From a bacterium (GTDB lineage: Bacteria > Chloroflexota > Dormibacteria > Aeolococcales > Aeolococcaceae), in the NCBI GenBank assembly GCA_021847925.1, contig JAJZNI010000164.1:1-60884 (forward strand): a DNA stretch of 60,884 bases, written 5' to 3'. This document shows positions 28,290 through 38,322 of the stretch, piece after piece. Both the position numbers and the translations under genes were made by a program. Below the pieces are notes generated by a model. It had not been told where the DNA came from and did not search any database. It saw only the letters and a program-made list of their open reading frames with translations. The stretch's first letter is position 1. Each line of letters begins with the position of its first letter.

Positions 28290-29171
28290 GTGGCACAGCA
28301 GAGATCCCCTGCCCTCGCCGGCGAGCGAGACCACGCGCGGCTCGCCCGGAGCACCGCGCGGGAATCGACGGCCGCTCGGGAAGCGGTGGTGGCCACGCTC
28401 CGATCCCTGGTGGAGCCTCTCGCCACGGCGCTGGGACCCGGCAACGAGGTCGTCGTCCACGATCTCGCATTGCTCCCCAACTCGATCGTTGCGATAAGCG
28501 GTGGCGTCACCGGACGGTCCATCGGGGGGCCGGCCACCGATCTCCTGCTCCAGGAGACGCGGCGGGGGCGGGGCGAGGACCTGCTCCGCTACAGGAGCAG
28601 CACGCGGGCCGGCGTCCCCCTGCTCTCGTCGACCATCTTCGTCAGGGACGCGAACGGAGTCCCGATCGCGTCCCTGTGCATCAACACGGACCAGTCCGCC
28701 TGGCTGCAGATGCAGCCCCTGGTCCTGCCCGCCACCGGGGCCCCCGCCCGGGCGCCGGCCCCGACGCCCGGCTCCGAGCACGCCGCCGGGCCGGCCCAGG
28801 AGACGTTCCCGGCCTCGGTCGAGAGCCTCACCGCCAGCATGGTCGACCAGGCGATCCTGAGCATCGGCGTCCGGGTCGAGCTGATGCAGCGTGCCCACAA
28901 GCTGGAGGTGGTGAGGAAGCTCGAGGCGGGGGGTGTGTTCCTCATCAGGGACGCGGTGGACTACGTGGCCGGCGCTCTCCAGGTCACGCGCTACACGATC
29001 TACAACTACCTGAGCGAGATCCGCGAGCAGTCATCGGGAGTGCGCGCCAACGGCAGGAGGGCCACCATGAAGCGACTTCCGTTGGGGCCGGCCGCCGCCC
29101 CGGAGACGGACGGCGCGGCGCCGGGATCCGCCGCGTGCCGCCGGCCCTCGAAGGCGCGGGGGGTTGCGTAG
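28290..29171 (+). CDS. YheO/DauR-like transcriptional regulator (PAS_6-type sensor + C-terminal HTH)
   Basis: NEVVVHDLALLPNSIVAISGGVTGRSIGGPATDLLL is the YheO-like PAS signature. The C-terminal part KLEVVRKLEAGGVFLIRDAVDYVAGALQVTRYTIYNYLSE is HTH-like. Confidence 0.8.
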   Translation: MAQQRSPALAGERDHARLARSTARESTAAREAVVATLRSLVEPLATALGPGNEVVVHDLALLPNSIVAISGGVTGRSIGGPATDLLLQETRRGRGEDLLRYRSSTRAGVPLLSSTIFVRDANGVPIASLCINTDQSAWLQMQPLVLPATGAPARAPAPTPGSEHAAGPAQETFPASVESLTASMVDQAILSIGVRVELMQRAHKLEVVRKLEAGGVFLIRDAVDYVAGALQVTRYTIYNYLSEIREQSSGVRANGRRATMKRLPLGPAAAPETDGAAPGSAACRRPSKARGVA

Positions 29172-29174
29172 GCC

Positions 29175-29570
29175 ATGGCCACCCCCGCACCGATCGGACA
29201 CTACTCGCCCCTGGTCGTCACACCTCCTGACGTGCGCATGGTCTTCCTGTCGGGTCAGTTGCCGATCGACCCCGCCACCGGGGCCATCGCCGACGCCGAT
29301 GTCCCCACCCAGGCCCGCCAGGCGCTCGCCAACGCCCTCGGGGTGCTGGCCACGGTCGGGGGGACCACGGCCGACGTCATCAAGGTCACGCTCTACCTGA
29401 CCGATCTTGCCGAGTACGCACGGCTCAACGAGGTCTACGCCGAGTTCATGGGGGCGGCGCGCCCAGCCCGGACCGTCGTGGAGGTGTCGCAGCTGCCGCG
29501 CGGGGCCAAGGTGGAGGTGGATCTCACGGCCGCCGTCGCGAGCGACCGCCTCCCTGTGGCCCCGTCGTGA
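29175..29570 (+). CDS. ridA: RidA/YjgF/TdcF family reactive-intermediate deaminase
   Basis: APIGHYSPLVV...VFLSGQLPIDPATG...DVIKVTLYLTDLAEYARLNEVYAEF...PARTVVEVSQLPRGAKVEVD. Confidence 0.9.
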   Translation: MATPAPIGHYSPLVVTPPDVRMVFLSGQLPIDPATGAIADADVPTQARQALANALGVLATVGGTTADVIKVTLYLTDLAEYARLNEVYAEFMGAARPARTVVEVSQLPRGAKVEVDLTAAVASDRLPVAPS

Positions 29571-30832
29571 CGGATGCCTCAGCGATGGCAGAGCTCACCG
29601 GATTCGCGTGCATCCGGTGTGGCCGCGCATACCCGGCAACCCGCGACCACTGGGGATGTCCGGCGTGCGCCGGCGAGGTCGCAGCGAATCTCGCCGTGAC
29701 GTACGCGGCACCGCCGCAGCCCGGAGCGGATTCGCCGAGCGCGAGCCACGACGGCATCTGGCGGTACGCCGACTCGCTTCCCCTCGCCTCGAGCAACGCG
29801 GTGTCGCTGGGAGAGGGGCGGACCCCCCTGCTGAGCTGTGAGCGCCTCGGCGCGACCCTCGGCCTGCCCCGGCTGATGCTGAAGATGGAGTCGCAGAACC
29901 CCACCGGCTCGTTCAAGGATCGGATGGCGTCGGTGGGCGTCTCCTGGGCGATGGTGGCGGGACGCCCCGGCATCGCGGTCTCGTCGTCGGGGAACGCCGG
30001 GATCTCCGCGGCGGCCTACTCGGCGCGTGCCGGGATCCCCTGCGTCGTCTTCGCCACGGCCAGCACGCCGCGGATCATCCTCCGAACCATCGGGGCCCTC
30101 GGCGCCATGGTGGTCACGACCACCACCCTGGAGGAGCGCTGGCTGCTGAACCGGGAGGTTGCCGAGGCGTGGGGATGGCTGCCGCTCTCGAACGCGGCCG
30201 ACCCTCCCGTCGGGAGTCACCCCATCGCCGTCGAGGGCCACAAGACACTCGCCTACGAGATCGCCGAGGCATTGGAATGGACGGCTCCCGATGCGGTGAT
30301 CGCCCCCGTGGCCTACGGCGACGCGCTCTGGGGCATGCTCCGCGGCTTCCAGGAGATGAGGGATGGCGGGGTGCTGAGGGCGGTCCCGAGGCTGATCGCC
30401 GCGGAGGCGTATCCCACCCTCTCCACGGCCCTCGCGTCGGATTCCGAAGCACCGCTGCGGGTTGCGGGCAGCGGATCGCGGGCCCGCTCGATCGCCACCA
30501 ACATCGGCACGTACCAGGCGCTGGAGGCCATCCGGCGCTCGGGGGGCACGGCGGTCCACGTGCCCGAGGACGAGGCGATCAAGGCCCAGGCGGCGCTGGG
30601 CAGGGACCCCGGCACCCTGGTGGAGCTGAGCTCGGCGATGCCGCTGGCGGCGGCCGCAGCCCTGGCCCGTGCCGGCGTCCTGCAGCCGGATCAGCTCGTC
30701 GTGGTGGTGGCGACGGCGACCGGGGCCAGGGAGGTCGAGGAGAGCTTCTCGGGGTCGGAGCCACCGCCCGCCGGGGGGTCCCTGGAGTCGTTGGCCGCGG
30801 TGCTCGCGAGGGAATATGGGTTCCGCGTGTAG
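29567..30832 (+). CDS. PLP-dependent threonine synthase-like enzyme with N-terminal zinc ribbon
   Basis: CIRCGRAYPATRDHWGCPAC ribbon. PLP-lysine motif ESQNPTGSFKDRMA. GTGA overlap with ridA. The specific activity (ThrC or another beta-family PLP enzyme) is not determinable by eye. Confidence 0.75.
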   Translation: MTDASAMAELTGFACIRCGRAYPATRDHWGCPACAGEVAANLAVTYAAPPQPGADSPSASHDGIWRYADSLPLASSNAVSLGEGRTPLLSCERLGATLGLPRLMLKMESQNPTGSFKDRMASVGVSWAMVAGRPGIAVSSSGNAGISAAAYSARAGIPCVVFATASTPRIILRTIGALGAMVVTTTTLEERWLLNREVAEAWGWLPLSNAADPPVGSHPIAVEGHKTLAYEIAEALEWTAPDAVIAPVAYGDALWGMLRGFQEMRDGGVLRAVPRLIAAEAYPTLSTALASDSEAPLRVAGSGSRARSIATNIGTYQALEAIRRSGGTAVHVPEDEAIKAQAALGRDPGTLVELSSAMPLAAAAALARAGVLQPDQLVVVVATATGAREVEESFSGSEPPPAGGSLESLAAVLAREYGFRV

Positions 30833-31844
30833 CCTGGGGCTCCTGCTCCTTCCCGAGATCGCGGTCACGGCCCTGGAACGGCGGGCGGTGAGCGCCGAAC
30901 AGCTCGGATACCACTCCGTCTGGGTTGCCGATGAGAAGTTCTACCGGGACCCCTGGATCGTTCTCGCGTCGATCGCCCGCGCCACCCGGCGGGTCGTCCT
31001 GGGCACCGGCGTCACCGAGCCGTACGCGCGCCACCCGGCGCTGCTGGCGATGGCCATCGCCACCCTCGCCGAGGTCGGCGGCGACCGGGTCGTTCTGGGC
31101 CTCGGGGCTGGAGGCAGCGGGTTCCCGGCTATGGGTACCGCCCGCGAGCGGCCGGCACTGGCCATCCGCGACGCCGCCGCCATCATCCGCTCCCTCCTCG
31201 CGGGCGACAGCGTGACCCACGAGGGGGCCGTGCTCTCGGTGAGGAACGCCCGGCTGAACTTCGCCGCCGCACCGGTCCCCATCTACATCGCCGCGCGGGG
31301 CCGCGCCATGCTGCGGGCGGCGGGAGCCGTCGGCGACGGCGCGATCATCGCCCCCTTCGCCTCGCCGGAGGCCGTGGCCGGGGCGCTCACGAGGGTGGAG
31401 GCCGGTGCCCGCGCCGCGGGTGTCCAGCGACCCCGCATCATCGTGCGCGTCGACGTCTGCGTCGGGCGGACCGAGGCCGAGGCTCGAGATGCCGTGGGGT
31501 ACTTCGTGGCGCTCCCGCTCTGGAGCAGCTATCCAGACTTCGGGTATGTCGAAGACCTCGGCATCCAGGTTCCCGAGCCAGCCCGCGAGATCCTCGCCCG
31601 CAGGGACTATGGGGCCATCCCGGAGGTGAGCGCCTCCCTGCCACCGGAGATGATCGACCACTTCGCGGTCGCCGGCACGCGCGAGCAGGTCGTCGACCGG
31701 CTCGCCACCCTCGCGGGCATCGCCGACGAGATCATCGTGCACCCGGTGCCATCGGCCTCGGTCGACGTGGATGAGCTGATCACCCTCGTGGCCACCGCCT
31801 GGCCCGCGGCGACCGCCACCCCGCTGCGAGGTGCCGTGCGATGA
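30816..31844 (+). CDS. LLM-class (luciferase-like) flavin/F420-dependent oxidoreductase
   Basis: Part of ORF 30669..31844: LGYHSVWVADEKFYRDPWIVLASIA...VVLGTGVTEPYARHPALLAMAIATL...LGLGAGGSGF. ATG at 30816 overlaps the upstream stop by 17 nt. Confidence 0.8.
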   Translation: MGSACSLGLLLLPEIAVTALERRAVSAEQLGYHSVWVADEKFYRDPWIVLASIARATRRVVLGTGVTEPYARHPALLAMAIATLAEVGGDRVVLGLGAGGSGFPAMGTARERPALAIRDAAAIIRSLLAGDSVTHEGAVLSVRNARLNFAAAPVPIYIAARGRAMLRAAGAVGDGAIIAPFASPEAVAGALTRVEAGARAAGVQRPRIIVRVDVCVGRTEAEARDAVGYFVALPLWSSYPDFGYVEDLGIQVPEPAREILARRDYGAIPEVSASLPPEMIDHFAVAGTREQVVDRLATLAGIADEIIVHPVPSASVDVDELITLVATAWPAATATPLRGAVR

Positions 31845-32854
31845 GGTTTGGCGTCGGCCTCCCCACCTGCACCGCGGGGATGATGTATCCAGCCCCCTTC
31901 GCGAGCGCCCAGGACGTGGTGGGCATCGCGATCGAGGCGGAGCAGCTCGGCTTCTTCGAGGTGGCCGGCAACGATCACCTCAGCACCCAGGAATACGTGC
32001 GCCGGGAGTGGAGCGTGCCGCCCGACTTCTTCGACCCGCTCATGATCCTGTCCCACTGCGCGGCGCACACCTCGACCGTCAGGCTGATGACCGGGATCCT
32101 GGTCGTACCCATGCGCCACCCCGTCGTCCTGGCCAAGCAGGTCGCCACCCTCGACCAGCTGAGCCGGGGCCGCGTCATCCTCGGGGTGGGCATCGGCGCC
32201 TACCGCGAGGAGTTCACCGCCTGCTACCCGGAGCGTGCGGGGGTGGCACGCTCCGAGCTCCTCAGCGAGGGCGTCGCGCTGATGCGCCGGCTGTGGACAG
32301 AACGCACCGTGACCTTCGCCGGCAGGCATGTCACCGTCAGCGATGTCGAGATGTTCCCGAAGCCCGTGCAGGACCCGCTGCCCGTCTACTTCGCCGGGAA
32401 CGCGCTCGGCTCCATCCGCCGCGCCGCAGAGCACGGGCAGGGGTGGATGCCGGCCGGGATCGGCCCGGACGCCGTGGGCTCCGGGAGGCGCCGACTCGAT
32501 GCGCTGGCGCTCGCCGCGCAACGCCGCCCCGGCGACATCGTCACGGCTCCCCAGGTGGTGGTCTCGCTCGGCGCCACGCATGCCGAGGCGGTGGCGACGT
32601 TCGAGTCCTCACAGCTCTTCAAGCACCTGGTGTCGCTGAAGGATTCCACACTCAGGAATGCCGACATGAGCCGGCTCACGGAGGGGAACCTCGTGGGCAC
32701 TCCAGACGAGGTGTGCTCGCGGATCGCGGAGTACGCGAGCGCGGGCGCAACCCACCTCTCCGGCCTCCTCTTCGTCGGCAACACCGTCGAGGAGCTCATG
32801 CGCGGCATGCGCTGGTTCTCGCGTGATGTGATTCCCGGATTCGCGGAGGTGTAG
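31841..32854 (+). CDS. LLM-class F420-dependent oxidoreductase
   Basis: MRFGVGLPTC...LGFFEVAGNDHL...LMTGILVVPMRHPVVLAKQVATLDQLSRGRVILGVGIGAYREEF. ATGA overlap with the previous gene. Confidence 0.85.
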   Translation: MRFGVGLPTCTAGMMYPAPFASAQDVVGIAIEAEQLGFFEVAGNDHLSTQEYVRREWSVPPDFFDPLMILSHCAAHTSTVRLMTGILVVPMRHPVVLAKQVATLDQLSRGRVILGVGIGAYREEFTACYPERAGVARSELLSEGVALMRRLWTERTVTFAGRHVTVSDVEMFPKPVQDPLPVYFAGNALGSIRRAAEHGQGWMPAGIGPDAVGSGRRRLDALALAAQRRPGDIVTAPQVVVSLGATHAEAVATFESSQLFKHLVSLKDSTLRNADMSRLTEGNLVGTPDEVCSRIAEYASAGATHLSGLLFVGNTVEELMRGMRWFSRDVIPGFAEV

Positions 32855-33036
32855 GCCCATCTAGAGCAGTGTTGGCACGAACCGGTCCGGCGGAGAGCAC
32901 GGGGTGACACGGTTGCGGACCCTCTGTGATGTCGCGACAAGGTGTTCCCCGCCGGGAGCACACGTATCGGTTGGGAGACCGGCCCGCGGGGGGCTTGGAA
33001 GCCGCCGCGCAGGCCGGAATTGGTGGAGAACATCTG

Positions 33037-34269
33037 ATGAGATTCAAGAGAATGCGGCGGGACGCCCTTGTGAGCACGGACCGCCGCCTGATGATGGTGG
33101 CCGGCCTCGTCGGCTGCGGCGTGGCGGTGGCGGCGTGCGGCAGTGGCGCGGCAACGGGGGCCTCGACACCGGGCCACCCCGCGGCGGCCGCCACGCCGTC
33201 CGGCACCGCCACTGCGAGCCCGGGCGTGACCGAGGCAGAGCAGCTCGCCACCCAGTCGGAGGCACCGAGCACCTGGACCGCGCCCGGCCCGTCCATCGAC
33301 GTCAAGGGTCTCGCCGGCAAGACCGTGTACCTGATCACCAACGGGGCCAACCAGTTCACCGAAACGGTGGGAGCGGGGATCGTGGCTGCGGGCCAGAAGG
33401 CTGGCGTCCACGTCGTCACCGACTACACCACAGGTGGCCTCTCTTCGGCTGACCAGGGCTTCGCGGCCGCCGAGTCCCAGCACGCGAGCGCCATCATCGT
33501 GATGTCGTTTCTGACCAGCGCTCTGTCCACACCCATCAAGCAGGCCACCAGCAGCGGCATCCCGGTCATTCAGATCGGCGAGCACGATCCCGGACCGCTG
33601 ACCTCCACCGACCAGGCTGCTGGCGTGTACCAGAACGTGAGCCCCAGCTACTCGGAGGCCGGAAGCCTGATGGCCGACTTCGTCGTGGCCGACTCCAACG
33701 GCCACGCCGACGTCCTGCTCCTGAACAGCCCCGACGTGGGCGACGCCAACGTGGAGACCCAGGCCTTCCAGGCCCAGCTGGCCAAGCTGTGCCCCACCTG
33801 CAAGGTGAAGGTGGATGGGATTCCCGAGGTCGATCGCACGACCCAGCTGCCGCCAGCGGTGTCGAGCGCCATCGTCGCGGACCCGAACCTGAACTACATC
33901 GTCCCCGTGTTCGACACCATGTACCCTGACTTCGCCTCGGCCCTGGCCGCGAGCAGTGCCGCCTCTCGCATCAGCCTGGTCGGCTTCGACGCCAGCGCGG
34001 CGGAGATGTCCCTGCTCCAGCAGGGGTCGGGCGGCTGGAAGGCGGACGGAGGATACGATGACACCTGGCTGGGGTGGGCCGTGATGGACGAGACGTTCCG
34101 GGCCCTTCTCCATCAGACGGCGGTCGCCAACGAGGACATCCCCTTGCGCTTCTTCACCAATTCGACCGTTCAGGGACTGGACTTCTCGGCCGGCGCGCCG
34201 GTCGACCCATGGTTCGGCAACCCCGCGTACCAGAGCGGCTTCCTCAAGCTCTGGTCGCTGAGCAGCTGA
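33037..34269 (+). CDS. Sugar ABC transporter substrate-binding lipoprotein (type-1 periplasmic binding fold)
   Basis: ORF 32926..34269. ATG at 33037 follows ggtggag. Signal/lipobox MVAGLVGCGVAVAACGSG. PBP1-like body. Confidence 0.8.
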   Translation: MRFKRMRRDALVSTDRRLMMVAGLVGCGVAVAACGSGAATGASTPGHPAAAATPSGTATASPGVTEAEQLATQSEAPSTWTAPGPSIDVKGLAGKTVYLITNGANQFTETVGAGIVAAGQKAGVHVVTDYTTGGLSSADQGFAAAESQHASAIIVMSFLTSALSTPIKQATSSGIPVIQIGEHDPGPLTSTDQAAGVYQNVSPSYSEAGSLMADFVVADSNGHADVLLLNSPDVGDANVETQAFQAQLAKLCPTCKVKVDGIPEVDRTTQLPPAVSSAIVADPNLNYIVPVFDTMYPDFASALAASSAASRISLVGFDASAAEMSLLQQGSGGWKADGGYDDTWLGWAVMDETFRALLHQTAVANEDIPLRFFTNSTVQGLDFSAGAPVDPWFGNPAYQSGFLKLWSLSS

Positions 34270-34342
34270 GCTCAGGGTCAGGAGTCAGCAGGGTCGATGG
34301 TCTCGCGCGGCGCGGCTCGGAGTGAGTGGGAGAGCAACCTCC

Positions 34343-35902
34343 ATGGCTGAGGTGCTGTCCCTCGAGGGCGTCTCCAAGAGCTTCGGCGGCAGCCGGGTTC
34401 TCCGGGATGTGAACCTCCGAGTTCGCGCCGGCGAGGTGCACGCGCTGGTCGGGGAGAATGGCTCCGGCAAGTCGACCCTCGTGAAGATCCTCTCCGGCTA
34501 CCACCGCGCTGACAGCCTCTCACGCGCCGCGATCGGTGGCGTGGAGGTCAGGCTGCCGCTATCGGGAGCCATGGCGTCGCGGGCGGGTCTCGGCTTCGTG
34601 CACCAGGATCTGGGGCTGCTGGACAGCGGCTCGGTCGTCGAGAACCTGCTCCTGGGCCGGTTCCACACGCGGCTGGCGTGGCGGATCCCCTGGTCGGCGG
34701 AGCGACGTCGCACCCGTCAGATCCTGGACCAGTACGGCCTCGGCGAGGTCCGCCCCACCGATCTCGTCGGTTCCCTGGGCGGCGCTCAGCGTGCCATGCT
34801 GGCGGTTGCGCGCGCCGCGCTGGCCCTGAATCGCGAAGCGCACGCGACGTCGACACCGCCTGCCGGCGGCCTGCTGGTGGTGGACGAGGTGACGGCCTAC
34901 CTGCCCGAGGACGCGGTGCGTCGTGTGCTCGGCACCTTCCGCCGCACGGCCGACCTTGGATTTGGCGTGCTCTTCGTCACACACCGGCTCGAGGAGGTGT
35001 TCGCGGCGGCGGACCGGGTCACCGTCCTGCGCGACGGGGCGGTGGCACGCTCCTGCGCTGTGAAGGAGGTGGCTCGGAACGAGCTGGTCGGGCTGATGAT
35101 CGGGCGGGTCCTCGACGAGGGCAGGCTGAGCGTCCCACCCTCCGCCTCACCTCGACCGGCGCCACGAGCGGCCGTCGAGGTGAGCGAGCTCTCCTGCGAC
35201 AAGGTGCGTGGGGTCAGCTTCGCCGTGGGACCCGGAGAGGTGGTCGGTCTCACCGGGTTGGTGGGATCGGGTTTTGAGTCCATTCCGTATGCGATCTTCG
35301 GGGCCATGCGCGCGGAGGGTGCGCTCACCGTCGGAGGCGACCGCCTGCGCCTGCCCGGGCTCACGCCCCGACGCGCGCTGGACGCCGGGGTGGCCCTGAT
35401 CCCGGCCGGGCGCCTCTCGCGCGGAGCGGTGGGCAGCGCGACCGTCGCCGAGAACATGTCGCTGCTGACGGCGGCGCGCCTCTGGCGGCGAAGCTTCCGC
35501 GGCCCCCGAGAGGAGGTGCGCCGAGCGGTAGACATGATCGAGAGGTTCGACATCCGCCCGCGCTCGCCCAATGCCGAGCTTGCACGGCTCAGCGGTGGAA
35601 ACCAGCAGAAGGCGATCATCGCCAAATGGCTCACCAGCGACGCCTCCCTGTTTGTGATCCATGAGCCCACCCAGGGCGTCGACGTCGGTGCCAAGGGGGA
35701 GATTCTGCGGGCCATCCGGAGCCTCGCCGAGATCGGCAAGGCCATCCTCGTCGCCAGCGCGGATCAGGTGGACCTGGCTCGCGTGTGCGACCGGGTGCTG
35801 GTGTTTCGTGACGGCGGGATCCACTCCGAGCTCACGGGACCGCACGTCACCGAGACCAACATCACCGCCGCCGCCCATGGCCTGTCCGTGGCGACGGCCT
35901 AG
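34343..35902 (+). CDS. Sugar ABC transporter ATP-binding protein (duplicated ABC domains, RbsA/MglA-like)
   Basis: Walker A GENGSGKST, LGGAQRAML signature, LLVVDEVT. Second half LSGGNQQKAIIAKWL, FVIHEPTQGVDVGAK. ATG at 34343 (MAEVLSLEGVSKSFGG). Confidence 0.85.
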   Translation: MAEVLSLEGVSKSFGGSRVLRDVNLRVRAGEVHALVGENGSGKSTLVKILSGYHRADSLSRAAIGGVEVRLPLSGAMASRAGLGFVHQDLGLLDSGSVVENLLLGRFHTRLAWRIPWSAERRRTRQILDQYGLGEVRPTDLVGSLGGAQRAMLAVARAALALNREAHATSTPPAGGLLVVDEVTAYLPEDAVRRVLGTFRRTADLGFGVLFVTHRLEEVFAAADRVTVLRDGAVARSCAVKEVARNELVGLMIGRVLDEGRLSVPPSASPRPAPRAAVEVSELSCDKVRGVSFAVGPGEVVGLTGLVGSGFESIPYAIFGAMRAEGALTVGGDRLRLPGLTPRRALDAGVALIPAGRLSRGAVGSATVAENMSLLTAARLWRRSFRGPREEVRRAVDMIERFDIRPRSPNAELARLSGGNQQKAIIAKWLTSDASLFVIHEPTQGVDVGAKGEILRAIRSLAEIGKAILVASADQVDLARVCDRVLVFRDGGIHSELTGPHVTETNITAAAHGLSVATA

Positions 35903-35910
35903 ATCACCGA

Positions 35911-36999
35911 ATGGAGATACCGAGGTGCGAGAAGCCGGAATCGGGGCGGGACGTGGAGATGCAATCCGAAGAACGTGATCCGCAGACGGCCGCGGCGATG
36001 CCGGCCGAGGCCCAGGCCGTGCCTGGGCCAGAGATGGAGATGCGCGCTTCGCCGGGAGAGACTGCCGGCCGGGTGTTGACGCGGTCGCTGGAGCGCTACG
36101 GCCTCGTCCTGGCCTGGGCCGCCCTGATCGGCATCTTCTCGGGCCTCGCGCCTCACACCTTCCCCACCGCGCTCAACTTTCAGACCATGTTCAGCACCGG
36201 CTCCGTGCTGCTGCTGCTCTGCCTCGGCATCCTCCCCTCGCTCACCGCCGGAGAGATCGACCTGTCGTTCGCGGGCACGTTCGGCCTGGCGGCGGTTCTC
36301 GTCGCGTACACCAATGTCAACCTGCATTTCCCGATCGGGCTCTCGGTGGTGATCGCGCTCGCGGCCGGGCTCGTGGTCGGGCTGGTGAACGCGGGGCTGT
36401 CTATCGGGTTGGGCATACCCTCCCTGATCGTCACCCTGGGGATGGGATCGCTCCTCGCCGGCATTGCTCTCGGGGTGACCTCGCTGCCCATCGCGGGCGT
36501 GTCCAACCAGATCGTGTCGCTCGCCACCGGCAAGCTGGGCGGGTTCGAGTACGTCTTCTTCTACGCGATCCTGGCCACCGCCACGATGTGGTACGCATAC
36601 CGCTACACCCCGCTCGGCAGGTACCTGGTATTCGTCGGCTCCGGACGCGAGGTGGCGCGCCTGTCCGGCCTTCCCGTCCGCCGTCTCGCCGGGGGTTCCC
36701 TGGTTTTCGGCGCCTTTGCCGCCGCCCTCGCAGGCGTGCTCCTGGTGGGCACCCAGGGCTCGGCGGATCCCACCGCGGGCCCGACCTACCTTCTGCCCGC
36801 GTTCGCGGGCGCCTTTCTCGGGAGCACCGCGATCACGCCGGGGCGGTTCAACCCCGTCGGCGCCTTCGTCGCGGTTTTCTTCCTTCAGACCGGCACCCAG
36901 GGCCTGGAGATCCTTGGTCTGAGCGGCTGGGTGGACCAGACGTTCTATGGGGCGTCCCTCATCGTGGCCGTCGTGATCGCGTGGATCGGCAGAAGATAG
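35911..36999 (+). CDS. Sugar ABC transporter permease (RbsC/AraH-like)
   Basis: Polytopic membrane protein with ...LTAGEIDLSFAGTFGLAAVL... typical of the BPD_transp_2 family. The start is uncertain (35911, or downstream in-frame ATGs up to about 36037). Confidence 0.8.
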   Translation: MEIPRCEKPESGRDVEMQSEERDPQTAAAMPAEAQAVPGPEMEMRASPGETAGRVLTRSLERYGLVLAWAALIGIFSGLAPHTFPTALNFQTMFSTGSVLLLLCLGILPSLTAGEIDLSFAGTFGLAAVLVAYTNVNLHFPIGLSVVIALAAGLVVGLVNAGLSIGLGIPSLIVTLGMGSLLAGIALGVTSLPIAGVSNQIVSLATGKLGGFEYVFFYAILATATMWYAYRYTPLGRYLVFVGSGREVARLSGLPVRRLAGGSLVFGAFAAALAGVLLVGTQGSADPTAGPTYLLPAFAGAFLGSTAITPGRFNPVGAFVAVFFLQTGTQGLEILGLSGWVDQTFYGASLIVAVVIAWIGRR

Positions 37000-37089
37000 C
37001 CGGCGCTCGCCGGTTTCGGGGTGCGGCGAGGCAGACGGCGTTGACGATAGCGCCCGCCCCAGTGATGCTGCGGCAGGAGGTGATCAGGC

Positions 37090-38322
37090 GTGTTGCTGAA
37101 CGTTGAGCGGGCCGGGCGGCTCATGGAGGCCGCCGGGCTCGACGGATTGGTCTCGGCCACCCTCGAGAACGGCTTCTACATGAGCGGGGTCTGGAACATC
37201 GGGCAGGAGCTGTTCCCCCATGACACCGAGGCATACGTGGTGGCTCGTGCCGACGAGTTGACGCGACCCGTCATGGTCACCTCCCTGGGCGATGCGGACC
37301 TGGCCGTAGCCGCCGACGTCCCCCTGCGCGATCTCTTCGGCTACGGTCGGTTCTATCGCGATGTGCTCGAGGGCGCGGAGCTCAACGTCGACGAGAGGTG
37401 GGTGAAATCGACCACTCTGGATCGCGAGGCGAGCCCCACCGCCGTGGAGGCGCTGGTCGCGGCCCTGCGCCTGTGCGGGCTCGATCGGGGAGTGATCGCC
37501 GTTGACGAACGTGGGGCAAATCGGGATCTCATCGCCCAGCTGGGTGCGCGCCTGTCCGATGCCCGGTTCGTCCCCGGCGCGCAGCTGTTCCGGCAGATCA
37601 GGATGGTGAAGACGGGCGAGGAGCTGGTGAGGCTCGAGCAGGCCCTGCGCATCACGGAGGCGGCGATGCGCGCGACGGTGGCCGCTGCGACGCCCGGCGT
37701 GACGGAGCGCGAGCTCCACGGCGTCTTCGAGAGCGCGATCGTGGCGGGCGGGGCCCGGCCCGGCTTCACCTTGCTGCGATTCGGTCGGGGCATGGCCCTC
37801 GGCCAGGTGCCATCGGGCGACACCCGCCTCGAGGAGGGCGACTTTCTCTGGTTCGACGTCGGCTGCACCTACAGGGGGTATCGATCCGACATCGGGCGTA
37901 TCTTCCCGGTCGGGGAGCCGAACCAGCACCTCACCCACCTGTTCTCCGCGATCCGGGCGGGGCAGGATCGCGCCATCGAGCTGATGGCGCCCGGCCGTCT
38001 CGCGTCGGAGGTCTTCGCCGCCGCCGTGGCCAGGGTGCGGGAGGCCGGCATCCCCCATTACCGGCGACACCACGTCGGCCACGGGATCGGCGTCGAGTAC
38101 TACGACCTGCCGATCCTCGCTGAGCGGAGCGACCAACCCCTGGAGGTTAACATGATCTTCGAAGTCGAGACACCGTACTACGAGCTGGGGTTCGGCGGCG
38201 CCTTCATCGAAGACACCGTCCTGGTGACGCCTGGCGGCAGCCGGATCCTCACCACCCTCAGCCGTGAGCTGACCTCGACCGAGGCCGCTGCCGGAGGGAG
38301 GCGCGCAGATGGAGGTCAGTGA
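37090..38322 (+). CDS. M24 family metallopeptidase (Xaa-Pro peptidase/creatinase-like)
   Basis: Pita-bread metal ligand pattern FDVGCTYRGYRSDIGR, HVGHGIGVEYYD, MIFEVETP, AFIEDTVLVT. Confidence 0.85.
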   Translation: MLLNVERAGRLMEAAGLDGLVSATLENGFYMSGVWNIGQELFPHDTEAYVVARADELTRPVMVTSLGDADLAVAADVPLRDLFGYGRFYRDVLEGAELNVDERWVKSTTLDREASPTAVEALVAALRLCGLDRGVIAVDERGANRDLIAQLGARLSDARFVPGAQLFRQIRMVKTGEELVRLEQALRITEAAMRATVAAATPGVTERELHGVFESAIVAGGARPGFTLLRFGRGMALGQVPSGDTRLEEGDFLWFDVGCTYRGYRSDIGRIFPVGEPNQHLTHLFSAIRAGQDRAIELMAPGRLASEVFAAAVARVREAGIPHYRRHHVGHGIGVEYYDLPILAERSDQPLEVNMIFEVETPYYELGFGGAFIEDTVLVTPGGSRILTTLSRELTSTEAAAGGRRADGGQ

